A DNA stretch of 64,000 nucleotides from the NCBI GenBank assembly GCA_016294035.1, contig JAEDCT010000004.1, positions 66,192 to 130,191 on the forward strand. Reading direction: 5' to 3'. Source of the DNA: Treponema sp. (lineage in GTDB: Bacteria > Spirochaetota > Spirochaetia > Treponematales > Treponemataceae). The position numbers and the translations under genes are program-made. This document shows, piece by piece, positions 11,304 through 20,631 of the stretch. Position 1 is the first letter of the stretch, and each line of letters starts with the position of its first letter. Under the pieces are notes generated by a model. That model had not been told where the DNA came from. It did no database searches and worked only from the letters and a program-made list of their open reading frames with translations.

Positions 11304-11331
11304 TTGACTTCTAGAAATTTAAGATTAAAAT
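11304..11331 (+). promoter_or_regulatory. Sigma70-like promoter of the che operon (near-leaderless)
   Basis: TTGACT-16 bp-TAAAAT, ATG 7 nt later, no SD. Confidence 0.55.
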
Positions 11332-11338
11332 ATATGGT

Positions 11339-13765
11339 ATGAGTGATTATCTTGACGCTAATAATGAAGAACTTCTCAAAGATTTTTTTGCTGAAGCAGA
11401 ACAGCAGGTCGAAACTCTTGAAAGCAATATTCTTGTCATTGAAAACGATCCCTCAAATCATGATGCCATTGATGAAATTTTCCGTGCGGCCCATACTTTG
11501 AAGGGTGGTTCAGCTACTGTAGAAATGACTGAACTCGCATCTTTTTGTCATGATGTAGAGGATTTGCTTGATGCTCTTCGTGGTGGATCTGTTGAGGTTT
11601 CTGAACCTATTGTTGATACTCTTTTGACTTCCATAGACACCATTAAGGCTATGCTTGAAGCTAGAAGTGATGGATCTGTTTATCAGGAAGATGTTGGTCC
11701 GTTGGTAAGCAAAATTAATTCTTTCATTCCGGAAAAGGGTGAAAAGAAGAAGAAGTCATCGGCTCCAGTTTCTCTTCCAGCTGGAATGGTTGGAGCAAAG
11801 AAGGAAGAACCAAAGGCTCCGGAACCTGCAGTGCAGGCTGAGGATAGCGGAATGCCTCCAGTTCCTCCATTGTCTGAATCTGAATTCAATGAGCTTAAGG
11901 ATGCAACTCCAGAAGGCCAGAAATTATGGGCAGTAAATACTATTTTTGATGAATCAAACCCAATGAACAGTGTTGGAGGAATTCAGGTTTTTGCTGCCTT
12001 GAAGAATTGTGGTACAGTTTTGAAGACTGTGCCTGATTTTGAGGCACTTTATGAGGATGAATTCCATCCGCAGGTTGTGTATTATGTTGCCTCTTCCTCT
12101 TCGGGAGATGAAATTGAAGATGCAGCTTTCCTGGATGATGTTACTCTGGGAGTAGATGCAAAGGTTGTAGAGTCGGCTGGTGTTCCAAAGGCAGCTGCTC
12201 CAGCTCCAGAACCTGTCAAGGAAAAGTCTTCGGAACCTGAATCTCCGGCTCCTAAGACTGAGCCAAAGCAGGAAGCTGCTCCAGCAGAACAAAAAGCAGC
12301 TCCGGCTCCGAAAGAAGAAAAGAAACCTGCGGCACAGGCTTCCGGACATGCAACTCAGACTGGTTCGATTCTCCGTGTTGACTCAAAGCGCGTAGATAAT
12401 CTTATGAATCTTGTTTCTGAAACAGTTATTACAAAGGCAGCCTTTAACCAGAATGGTCTTCACATGGCAGATCTTCAGGTTAAGCTTTCAGCATTGAATG
12501 CTTCCTTCAGGGAAAAACAGCGCAGAAACCAGGATAAGATTGTAAAGTATCTTGATGATCTTAAGAATGGAGTTTCTGTCAAGGAAATTCGCCAGAGAAT
12601 TGCTGACGATGCCGGGGAACTTTCAGGCTGGTTTGATTCTTTTGAAAATGATTTTAAGGTATCATCAGCAAAATATCGCTCAACAACACAGAATTTGGGA
12701 CGCATTTCAAGTGAATTGCAGGAAGGCGTCATGAAGATTCGAATGGTTCCTATTGGAACTATTTTCAATCGTTTCCCACGTGTTGTTCGTGACTTGAGCC
12801 GTGATCTTGGCCGTAAGGTTAACCTTGTTATTGAAGGTGAAGATACAGAATTGGACAAGACTGTTGTTGATGATCTTCTTGATCCAATCATGCATTGTGT
12901 CAGAAATTCTGTTGACCACGGAATTGAGCCTCCAGAGGAACGTGCTGCAAATGGAAAGGATGAGACAGGTACTCTGACTCTTAGGGCAGCAAACGAAGGA
13001 AACATGATTGTCATTGATATTATTGATGATGGTCAGGGTATTGAAGTTGAAAAGGTTCGTGAAAAGGCTATTTCAAGAGGTTTGATTAGCCCAAACAAGG
13101 TTCTTTCAAATCAGGATGCCTACAATCTTATTTTCCTCCCTGGATTTTCAACAAGTGACAAGATCAGCAATGTTTCTGGACGCGGTGTAGGTCTTGATGT
13201 TGTAAAGACAATGGTTGAAAAGCTTAAGGGAACAATCAGTGTTACAAGTGAAAGAGGAAAGGGTTCTAAGTTCTCTATTCGACTTCCACTCACACTTGCC
13301 ATTATTCAGGGACTCCTTGTTCGTGTTGGTAAGGAAATTTACTCCATTCCAATTGCAAATGTTATTGAAAGTCAGCGCGTAAAGCAGGAAACAATCAATA
13401 CAATTGATAATTATGAGGTCCTGAATGTTCGTAACGAGGTTATTTCAATTCTTCGTTTGGGACGATTGTTCAATATTAAAAATACTGATGACGATGAGTA
13501 TTGCTTTATCGTTATTGTTGGTTCTGCAGAAAAGAAGATCGGTGTCATGGTTGACGCCCTGATTGGTGAGGAAGATGTTGTTATCAAGCCTTTGCAGGAT
13601 CAGTTTACAGCTTCACCGGGTATTGCAGGTGCTACTGTTCTCGGTGATGGATCCGTTTCATTGATTGTTGATGTAAATCAGCTTCTTGAATTGGGTGTCA
13701 AGCAGGAACTTGATGCTCAGCAGTACAGGGAAGCAGAGGCAATGAAAGGTTCTGTTAGAGGGTAA
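11339..13765 (+). CDS. cheA: Chemotaxis histidine kinase CheA
   Basis: HPt FRAAHTLKGG, dimerisation ILRVD...LMNLVSE, HATPase RNSVDHGIE/DDGQG/SGRGVGLDVV and C-terminal CheW domain. Confidence 0.98.
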   Translation: MSDYLDANNEELLKDFFAEAEQQVETLESNILVIENDPSNHDAIDEIFRAAHTLKGGSATVEMTELASFCHDVEDLLDALRGGSVEVSEPIVDTLLTSIDTIKAMLEARSDGSVYQEDVGPLVSKINSFIPEKGEKKKKSSAPVSLPAGMVGAKKEEPKAPEPAVQAEDSGMPPVPPLSESEFNELKDATPEGQKLWAVNTIFDESNPMNSVGGIQVFAALKNCGTVLKTVPDFEALYEDEFHPQVVYYVASSSSGDEIEDAAFLDDVTLGVDAKVVESAGVPKAAAPAPEPVKEKSSEPESPAPKTEPKQEAAPAEQKAAPAPKEEKKPAAQASGHATQTGSILRVDSKRVDNLMNLVSETVITKAAFNQNGLHMADLQVKLSALNASFREKQRRNQDKIVKYLDDLKNGVSVKEIRQRIADDAGELSGWFDSFENDFKVSSAKYRSTTQNLGRISSELQEGVMKIRMVPIGTIFNRFPRVVRDLSRDLGRKVNLVIEGEDTELDKTVVDDLLDPIMHCVRNSVDHGIEPPEERAANGKDETGTLTLRAANEGNMIVIDIIDDGQGIEVEKVREKAISRGLISPNKVLSNQDAYNLIFLPGFSTSDKISNVSGRGVGLDVVKTMVEKLKGTISVTSERGKGSKFSIRLPLTLAIIQGLLVRVGKEIYSIPIANVIESQRVKQETINTIDNYEVLNVRNEVISILRLGRLFNIKNTDDDEYCFIVIVGSAEKKIGVMVDALIGEEDVVIKPLQDQFTASPGIAGATVLGDGSVSLIVDVNQLLELGVKQELDAQQYREAEAMKGSVRG

Positions 13766-13767
13766 TT

Positions 13768-15192
13768 ATGGCAACTATTCAGGAAAAACTCAGCGTACTT
13801 GCTAATACAATGGACAATGCAGAGACTGTTTCACAGGAACAGCTCGACAAAGAAAAGAAAAATGTGTCCCTTGTTGACTATAAGATGGTTACTTTTTCTC
13901 TCGCGGGTAAGGACTATGGGATTGACATCATGAAGGTCAAGGAAATTGTAAAGGCTGGACATTTTACTTATGTTCCAAATACTCTTCCTTTTGTTCGTGG
14001 TGTATATAATCTTCGTGGTGATATTATTCCTATTATTGATCTTCGCCTGTTCTTTAACAGTGACATACCAGTCCATGATGATGACTATCTTGAGAACATG
14101 CTTTTCGTTTCAGTTGGAGAGCAGACTTTTGGTGTTGTTGTAGACAAAATTGATAAGGTTGTTGGAATTCAGAAGAGTTCCATTCAACCGCCACATCCAC
14201 TTTTTGGTGACATCAATATCAAGTATATTTATGGTGTGGTAGAGTCTGAAAACTGCCTTTATGTTCTCCTGGATATTGACAGAATTTTCGGCGTAAGATC
14301 TCCTGAAGAAGAGAGACAGCTTGCCGAAACTGCAAAGAAACAGATGCATCAGAGACAGGAAGAGGCTGTCCAGCTTCAGGCTCAGCAGGCAGAAGCAAAG
14401 GCTAAGGCTGATGCGGTAAGTGCGGCAGAAGCAAAGGCTAAGGCAGATGCTGCCAAGAAAATTGAAGACATCAACTTTATTTCTGAATCATTGAAGAATT
14501 TCAAGAAGTTCAACGTAAGTGATGTTAATAAGGCATGGATTGAATCGCGCTATGCTGAATGGGTTAAGGAGAGAGGTGAGAATAATACTCAGCTTCAGAA
14601 TGAATCTGATGCAGAGAAATTCCTTCAGCCCTTTTATTCCCAGTATAACAGCCAGTGGTGGTCAGAGGATTATGCCAATGCCGTAATGGATTCGCTTCCA
14701 GAAAATTCAGCAAAGAATATTGTAGTATGGAATCCTGGTTGTGGAAAAGGCTATGAGTCATATTCTCTTGCTTGTCTTCTTCAGAAGAAATATCCAAATG
14801 CAAAGATTAAGATTTATGGTCATGATGTTGATTTGTTGAGTGTATCAAATGCTCCTCTGATGAATCTGTCAGATGAGGCCAGCAGAGACTGGTATCAGCC
14901 ATATACTCAGAAGACTGTTTCTGGAGATTATACATTTACAAAGGATGTCAAGGATTCAATTATGTTTGAATATCATGACTGTGTAAACGCAAATAATTTG
15001 CCACCGATTGATATTGTCTTTTCCAGAGACTTGCTTTCGTTCCTTCCAGATGCATCTCAGAGTACGGTTCTCAATGAATTCGGCGAGAAAATTAAGGGTA
15101 ATGGAGTTATCATTGTAGGAAAGAATGAATCCATTGCACTTGATGGATGGACAAAAAAAGATAATGACAACTTGTCAATTTATACTAAGTAA
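13768..15192 (+). CDS. cheW: CheW fused to a C-terminal CheR-like domain
   Basis: N-terminal CheW (GVYNLRGDIIPIIDLR), Ala/Lys/Glu helical linker, and CheR-like VWNPGCGKGYESYSLA and DIVFSRDLL. Confidence 0.92.
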   Translation: MATIQEKLSVLANTMDNAETVSQEQLDKEKKNVSLVDYKMVTFSLAGKDYGIDIMKVKEIVKAGHFTYVPNTLPFVRGVYNLRGDIIPIIDLRLFFNSDIPVHDDDYLENMLFVSVGEQTFGVVVDKIDKVVGIQKSSIQPPHPLFGDINIKYIYGVVESENCLYVLLDIDRIFGVRSPEEERQLAETAKKQMHQRQEEAVQLQAQQAEAKAKADAVSAAEAKAKADAAKKIEDINFISESLKNFKKFNVSDVNKAWIESRYAEWVKERGENNTQLQNESDAEKFLQPFYSQYNSQWWSEDYANAVMDSLPENSAKNIVVWNPGCGKGYESYSLACLLQKKYPNAKIKIYGHDVDLLSVSNAPLMNLSDEASRDWYQPYTQKTVSGDYTFTKDVKDSIMFEYHDCVNANNLPPIDIVFSRDLLSFLPDASQSTVLNEFGEKIKGNGVIIVGKNESIALDGWTKKDNDNLSIYTK

Positions 15193-15259
15193 ATTATCAT
15201 AGTCTGTAGTTATTGCAGAGTGTTTGATTTATTTATAAAATTTTCCCAGGGGGATATGA

Positions 15260-15742
15260 ATGAGAGTAGAGTACATTAACCCATTTGTAGAAACTTCTTA
15301 CAGGGTGTTAAAGGAAGTTCTTGGTGGTGCCGAAGTAAAAAGAGGTGATTTGTATTTGAAGTCAACAGCTATGCCTGTTATGGGTGTTGCTGCTTTGGTT
15401 GGTCTTGCAGGAGATGTTGAAGGACGTGTTCTTTTTGACATGTCTTTTGAAACTGCATTGAACATTGCATCTGAAATGAATATGGAAAAGCTCACTGCTT
15501 TTGATGACCTTGCAAAGGCAACAATCAGCGAACTTGCAAACCTTATTACAGCTCAGGCTGTTACTAAGCTCCATGATCTTGGATTCAAGTTCGACCTTAC
15601 ACCTCCAGCTTTGTTTGCTGGTGAAAAAATGGAAATTGCAGCATTGGGCGGAACATCTGATAGTGTTGAAGCACTTATTGTTCCACTTATTACTGAATTT
15701 GGAAAGATTGAAGTAAACGTTGCTATTCGCGAACGTGCATAA
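15260..15742 (+). CDS. cheX: CheY-P phosphatase CheX
   Basis: MRVEYINPF and ISELANLI (ExxN); operon position. Confidence 0.95.
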   Translation: MRVEYINPFVETSYRVLKEVLGGAEVKRGDLYLKSTAMPVMGVAALVGLAGDVEGRVLFDMSFETALNIASEMNMEKLTAFDDLAKATISELANLITAQAVTKLHDLGFKFDLTPPALFAGEKMEIAALGGTSDSVEALIVPLITEFGKIEVNVAIRERA

Positions 15743-15762
15743 TTATATCGAAGGAGCATAGA

Positions 15763-16197
15763 ATGAAAACAAAACAGGATTTTCCATCAATTAATGAAGT
15801 TCCGCCAGACGGACTTAGGGATGATGGCTCAAAATTCCGCGTACTCATCGTAGACGATTCCATGTTCGTTGCAAAACAGCTCACACAGATCCTTACTAGC
15901 GCTGGATACGACATTGTGGCTACAGCACAGGATGGAAAAGAAGGTGTAGATAAGTACAAGGAACTTTGTCCAAATGTTGACCTTGTAACAATGGATATCA
16001 CAATGCCTCGTATGGATGGTATTACAGCTCTTGAGCAGATTGTTGCTTTTGACAAGAATGCAAGAGTTGTTATGGTTAGTGCTCTTGGAAAGGAAGAACT
16101 TGTTAAGAAGTCACTCCTTACTGGTGCAAAGAACTATATTGTTAAGCCATTGGATCGCAAGAAGGTTCTTGAGCGCATTAGTGCAGCTTTGAAATAG
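15763..16197 (+). CDS. cheY: Chemotaxis response regulator CheY
   Basis: VLIVDDS, MDITMPRMDG, VSALG and YIVKP. Confidence 0.95.
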   Translation: MKTKQDFPSINEVPPDGLRDDGSKFRVLIVDDSMFVAKQLTQILTSAGYDIVATAQDGKEGVDKYKELCPNVDLVTMDITMPRMDGITALEQIVAFDKNARVVMVSALGKEELVKKSLLTGAKNYIVKPLDRKKVLERISAALK

Positions 16198-16258
16198 TCT
16201 CTGAAAGATTTGCTCTTTTAGGATTGTTTTAGAATTCGAAAAAAACTTTTTCTAATGA

Positions 16259-16318
16259 AAAGGATTCTGGTTGTCTGGGATCCTTTTCTAAAGACTCTGG
16301 AAACAGAGTCTATTTTTG
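16259..16318. terminator. Two hairpins after cheY, between convergent genes
   Basis: AAAGGATTC...GGATCCTTTT and AGACTCTG GAAA CAGAGTCT followed by a T tract. Confidence 0.6.
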
Positions 16319-16367
16319 TTTGTATTGAATCTTTTGAATTTTCTCACATTGTGTTTAGCTTTCTTTT

Positions 16368-16799
16368 CTATTCATTTTGATCTAGATTTCTGCTCATTTT
16401 TTTCAGAAGCATAAGGAGAGTGTCTTTTTCTTCGTCGGAAAAATCCATGTAGCAGCTTTTCAGCAGGTTCTGAGACACAGCTGCAGTAAGTGAGTTGTAT
16501 TCCCGTCCTTTTTCTGTAAGGGAAATGATTTTTTTCCTGGTATCATTTTTAGCCTTGCCGACTTTTATAAGGTCCTCTTCTATAAGTTTTCGTATTAGAA
16601 CGGTTGTGGTGCTTTTGTTTCTGTTAATCAGTTTTGAAAGGTTTCCCATGGTAAGCTCTTCATGAACAGACAGCAGATACAGTATGAATCCGTGGGAGGA
16701 AACGAGCTTGTGTTTTGAAAGCATCGAATTTGTAAGTTCCTGGGTCTGGGAGTGTATTCGTGAAATCAGGGAAATAACTGTGTTTACCGTGTAGTCCAT
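16368..16799 (-). CDS. MarR family transcriptional regulator
   Basis: LTMGNLSKLINRNKSTTTVLIRKL...DTRKKIISLTEKGRE. Likely start is MDYTV at 16799. Confidence 0.9.
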   Translation of the reverse strand: MDYTVNTVISLISRIHSQTQELTNSMLSKHKLVSSHGFILYLLSVHEELTMGNLSKLINRNKSTTTVLIRKLIEEDLIKVGKAKNDTRKKIISLTEKGREYNSLTAAVSQNLLKSCYMDFSDEEKDTLLMLLKKMSRNLDQNE

Positions 16800-16987
16800 T
16801 GCAGAATTATTATGCAAAGTAAAAATAAAATCTAGGTAAGGCATTTTGTTTGCTGCGTAACAATTACTGAAATCTAAAAAATATTCCTTCACTGACATTA
16901 TGTAGAATTTATATAGTTAAATGGTTGTCTTGTCTGTGAGGGGATGTTCTCATTGAAATTAATCAGCATATTTATTAGTATCAAGAC

Positions 16988-17803
16988 ATGTTTGGATTTT
17001 TTTTCAAGAAAAACACCTGGGATATCTGGGAGAATATATTTTATGTTCTCATTCTTAATTTTATGTTTCTCCTTGTTGGGTTCGGTGCATTTTTCCTGAC
17101 AACATGGATCTGGAGAAATTTCGGGTTTGCACCTTTTACTTTTTCTCTTCTAGTCTTTGTATGGGTTTTTACGATCCTTTCACTGGCAGCAGGTCCTAAT
17201 GCCCTTAAAATTGCCGGCTTCGATTCAGTTAAATTCAGCGGATTCTTTTCAAAAATCGGCGAGTCTGTTAAGGATGGCCTTTTGCTTGGAAGTTTTATAT
17301 GGGTTTTGTTCAATATCAATGTTATTAGTGTTCCCTTTTATTACGGCATGTGGCGTGGGGTTTCAGATGATGGCAATCCCCTTTACCTTATTCCTCTCAT
17401 GCTTATCGTATGGTTTACTTTGACTACAGTTTTTGCGCTTCAATGGTTTATTCCCATTAGATCTGCAATGCATAATAATTTCCTCAAGATTCTGAAGAAG
17501 TGCTATATTGTTTTTCTTGATAACCTTGGCTTTTCATTTGGATTGTTTTTCCTAAATCTGCTTAACCTGGTGATTTCCGTGCTCACTGTTACCGTCATGC
17601 CTGGAATAAACGGAATAATTCTTACCCAGACCAATGCTTTCAGGCTGAGACTCTATAAGTATGACTGGCTTGAGGTAAATCCTGACTTGACTCCAGCTGA
17701 AAGAAAGAATGTTCCCTGGGATCAGCTTCTTGCAAAGGACAAAAAGCAGTTTGGGCATAAAACCTTCAAGACTATTCTTTTCCCATGGAAAGAAAACCAG
17801 TAG
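16988..17803 (+). CDS. Polytopic membrane protein of unknown function
   Basis: 271 aa with about 5-6 hydrophobic segments and a sigma70-like promoter immediately upstream. Confidence 0.75.
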   Translation: MFGFFFKKNTWDIWENIFYVLILNFMFLLVGFGAFFLTTWIWRNFGFAPFTFSLLVFVWVFTILSLAAGPNALKIAGFDSVKFSGFFSKIGESVKDGLLLGSFIWVLFNINVISVPFYYGMWRGVSDDGNPLYLIPLMLIVWFTLTTVFALQWFIPIRSAMHNNFLKILKKCYIVFLDNLGFSFGLFFLNLLNLVISVLTVTVMPGINGIILTQTNAFRLRLYKYDWLEVNPDLTPAERKNVPWDQLLAKDKKQFGHKTFKTILFPWKENQ

Positions 17804-17875
17804 TTGACTTTACCAGTCCGGGTTATTGGCATTAAAGTGTATGAATTAGCAGTAGATAACCTGATTTTCAATTAG

Positions 17876-17904
17876 TTGACAAAAAAACGTAAAGAATGCA
17901 AAAT
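17876..17904 (+). promoter_or_regulatory. Sigma70-like promoter
   Basis: TTGACA-17 bp-CAAAAT. Confidence 0.5.
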
Positions 17905-17940
17905 ATGGCAATTTTTAAAATGTATAGGGGTTTAGTTGCT

Positions 17941-18585
17941 ATGGAAGAAGACATTCTTACAATTGAAGAAGTTGCAAAGTATCTTCGTGTAAGTGAAAGA
18001 ACTGTATATGATTGGGCACAAAAGGGCGAGATTCCCAGCGGTAAGATTGGAACAGTCTGGAGATTCCGAAAGGCTGATATTGAACGCTGGATAAATGAAA
18101 GACTTTCTTCGTCAAATAAATCCGCTGCAAATATTGAAGTTAAAATAAAAAACATTCTTTCTCCTGAAAGAGTAATTTTCATAAATCATCAGTCAAAGCA
18201 TGATGCTCTTGTTAAGCTTGCACAGACTCTTTCCACTGCTCCTCAGATTAAGGATGGTCGTGAGCTTGAAGTTGAAATATTGAAGCGAGAGGAACTTATG
18301 TCTACATCAATTGGACGTGGATTTGCCATTCCTCATGTACGGCTTGCAAGTGTTACTGATCTTGTTATGGCAGTTGGAATTTCAAAGTGTGAGATCATGG
18401 ATTTTCAGCCTATTGACGATCAGCCTGTAAAGGTTTTGTTCATGCTGGCTGCGGCTCATAATCAGCACAGTTATTACCTGAAGACTCTTTCTTTCCTTAG
18501 TTCAAAGATGAAGAATCCGGCTCTCAGGGATGCATTGTTTGCAAGTGGAGATCCAATGGAAGTATATAACATGCTTATTAAGTAA
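17941..18585 (+). CDS. Excisionase-like HTH fused to PTS EIIA (Ntr/fructose type)
   Basis: ILTIEEVAKYLRVSERTVYDW...WRFRK (HTH_17-like), then REELMSTSIGRGFAIPHVR (EIIA phospho-His). Confidence 0.9.
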   Translation: MEEDILTIEEVAKYLRVSERTVYDWAQKGEIPSGKIGTVWRFRKADIERWINERLSSSNKSAANIEVKIKNILSPERVIFINHQSKHDALVKLAQTLSTAPQIKDGRELEVEILKREELMSTSIGRGFAIPHVRLASVTDLVMAVGISKCEIMDFQPIDDQPVKVLFMLAAAHNQHSYYLKTLSFLSSKMKNPALRDALFASGDPMEVYNMLIK

Positions 18586-18594
18586 GCCTGAATG

Positions 18595-18650
18595 AAAAAA
18601 AAACTGTCCTTGAAGCTAATGGAACTTCGTAAAGGACAGTTTTTTTTTTT
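18595..18650. terminator. Bidirectional intrinsic terminator
   Basis: A-tract, ACTGTCCTT ... AAGGACAGT, T-tract, lying between convergent genes. Confidence 0.8.
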
Positions 18651-18655
18651 GCTTT

Positions 18656-19810
18656 TTATGGCAGCTGGACTGGAATCCATTTTTTCTGGTCGCTCTGGGT
18701 CTGGCTTATGTTTCCCCAGTTGATGTTTTTTGCAGTGGTTTCTCCTGTCAGGTATTTTTTGCCGCTTACTTCAAATGAAAATCCCGGGTGGGATGAGATA
18801 AATCCAGCTATTGCATGCTGATACTCGCGGCTCACAAACATTATTGCGTCCTGGTTTGCACTCTGGAGAAGAACGCACAGGAGCATTGATCTTGAGTCGC
18901 AGTCACTTCCACCACCAAGAAGAATTGATGGAAGACTGGCAAAGTCAGCAGCGTTTTTCTGACGTTCATAACCAAATCCCTGAACCCATGTAAGAAGTTT
19001 CTGTGCAAGGTCAGTTTCATCCTTGCATGCTGGAGCAAGAGCATTTGTTATGTCAAAGCAGGCCCTGGAAAGTCTGCCGCAGGAATCCCTGAAAATCATT
19101 CTGTAGTATCTTTGCCATGCCTGAATCCATGCAGAACTTTTCATGTAAAGGCAGAGTGTTTTGTATTCACGGTCAATGCAGTATTCGCTTGCCTCAAGTG
19201 CATTTTCTTCCATTTCGGTTGTGAGTTTTGTTCCCAGAATGTCCATGTTGATTTTCTGAGTTTTGCCTTCCGTTGGATACAGGCTTTCAGTGTAAAGTCC
19301 GGGGGTAAAGTAGCTTTCGTTTGAGATGCACAGGGAGTCTATGAAACTTTCCATGAAGGCAGTACAGTCCTTTGCTTTTACCACATCGCACCAGGTGAAA
19401 AGCAGGATGATTGATTCGTTTTCCGGAATTTTTGCGGCACATGCAATCAGTTTTGATTTTCTTTGGGAGATTGAACCTTCTGCCTGTGCAAGTGCGCATT
19501 TCTGGGACTGCCATTTTACATCCTTTATTGAAGTGCTTATTCCCAGGTTTTTGAGGATTGTTTCTAGTGCCTGTGCAGGGCTCTGGTATTTTCCCTTTTC
19601 AAATATTCGCACAATGGCTTTTACCGGTACGGTAGTGTTTGCAAGCTGAAACGATGAATTTCCCTCAGATGCTTCGAGTATGAAATCTTCCGGCAAATCA
19701 ACGGAAACTGTTTTTGGCAGTGTTTCAAATGTTGTTCTTCCTGCAAATGCATTTATAGCACATGAAAAAAGAAAGATTGCCATGAATAAATATTTATTTC
19801 GTATTGTCAT
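18656..19810 (-). CDS. Secreted protein with C-terminal transglutaminase-like (Cys-His-acid) domain
   Basis: Signal peptide ending AFA; GSDCDSRSMLL, QHAIAG and LTGETT motifs. Confidence 0.6.
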   Translation of the reverse strand: MTIRNKYLFMAIFLFSCAINAFAGRTTFETLPKTVSVDLPEDFILEASEGNSSFQLANTTVPVKAIVRIFEKGKYQSPAQALETILKNLGISTSIKDVKWQSQKCALAQAEGSISQRKSKLIACAAKIPENESIILLFTWCDVVKAKDCTAFMESFIDSLCISNESYFTPGLYTESLYPTEGKTQKINMDILGTKLTTEMEENALEASEYCIDREYKTLCLYMKSSAWIQAWQRYYRMIFRDSCGRLSRACFDITNALAPACKDETDLAQKLLTWVQGFGYERQKNAADFASLPSILLGGGSDCDSRSMLLCVLLQSANQDAIMFVSREYQHAIAGFISSHPGFSFEVSGKKYLTGETTAKNINWGNISQTQSDQKKWIPVQLP

Positions 19811-19913
19811 TTTGAACCTCGTGCTGTAAGTTTAAACAACTGTGTTTGTGACAGGTTATTCTCGTTTTTTTATAAATGGAATGCCTAATATAAGGTTAGA
19901 ATAAAAATATAAA

Positions 19914-20597
19914 ATGAACAAGATTTCAATACTTTATGAGGATGATGAGATTCTTCTTGTCAACAAGGAATATGGTGTTTCGGTTCAGGGAGGTGCAGGC
20001 ATTGCTCATCCTCTTGATGAAGAACTTTCAAATCAGCTTGGATACAAAATTTTTCTTGTGCACAGACTGGACAGGGAAACTTCCGGTATTCTCATTGTTG
20101 CAAAAAATTCAAAGGCTGCCGCAAAGTGGACTAATCTTATTTCAACGGATCAGGTAAAAAAGGAATATACCGCGCTTTGTTTTGGAATTCCTGTAATAAA
20201 TGGAAAGCCCTGCTTAAAGGGGAAATTGTCTGGAACAATTGAGGCTCATGGACGAGTGCAGGAAGCTGTGACTTTTTTTGAAGTCGTAAAAACAGGCCGG
20301 GTGACTCTTGAGCCTGGTGAGGATAACGCTCTTTGTGCGCTGGATATTTCCTGCCTGCATATAACACTGGGAAGCGGAAGAATGCACCAGATCAGAATTC
20401 AGATGGCAAAGGCCATGTGTCCTCTTCTGGCTGATGACAAGCACGGAAATTTCAGGATGAACAAAAAGGCAAGGAAAATCGGAGTCAAAAAGCTTCATCT
20501 TGCGGCAACAAGACTGACTGTTCCTGTGGAAGGAAATTACCGTACATTTGAGATTCCACTTCCGGAACATATGGAAAGAACACTTTCGATTCTTTGA
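19914..20597 (+). CDS. RluA-family RNA pseudouridine synthase
   Basis: VNKEYG, VHRLDRETSG (catalytic Asp), GRMHQIR and LHLAA. Confidence 0.93.
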   Translation: MNKISILYEDDEILLVNKEYGVSVQGGAGIAHPLDEELSNQLGYKIFLVHRLDRETSGILIVAKNSKAAAKWTNLISTDQVKKEYTALCFGIPVINGKPCLKGKLSGTIEAHGRVQEAVTFFEVVKTGRVTLEPGEDNALCALDISCLHITLGSGRMHQIRIQMAKAMCPLLADDKHGNFRMNKKARKIGVKKLHLAATRLTVPVEGNYRTFEIPLPEHMERTLSIL

Positions 20598-20631
20598 AAA
20601 CTATGGAGTTTTGTGATAGAATTACCTTATT

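Noticed and set aside
17941..18110. Excisionase-like domain as a prophage/ICE marker
   Set aside because: It is fused to PTS EIIA, with no integrase, att site or phage genes nearby.
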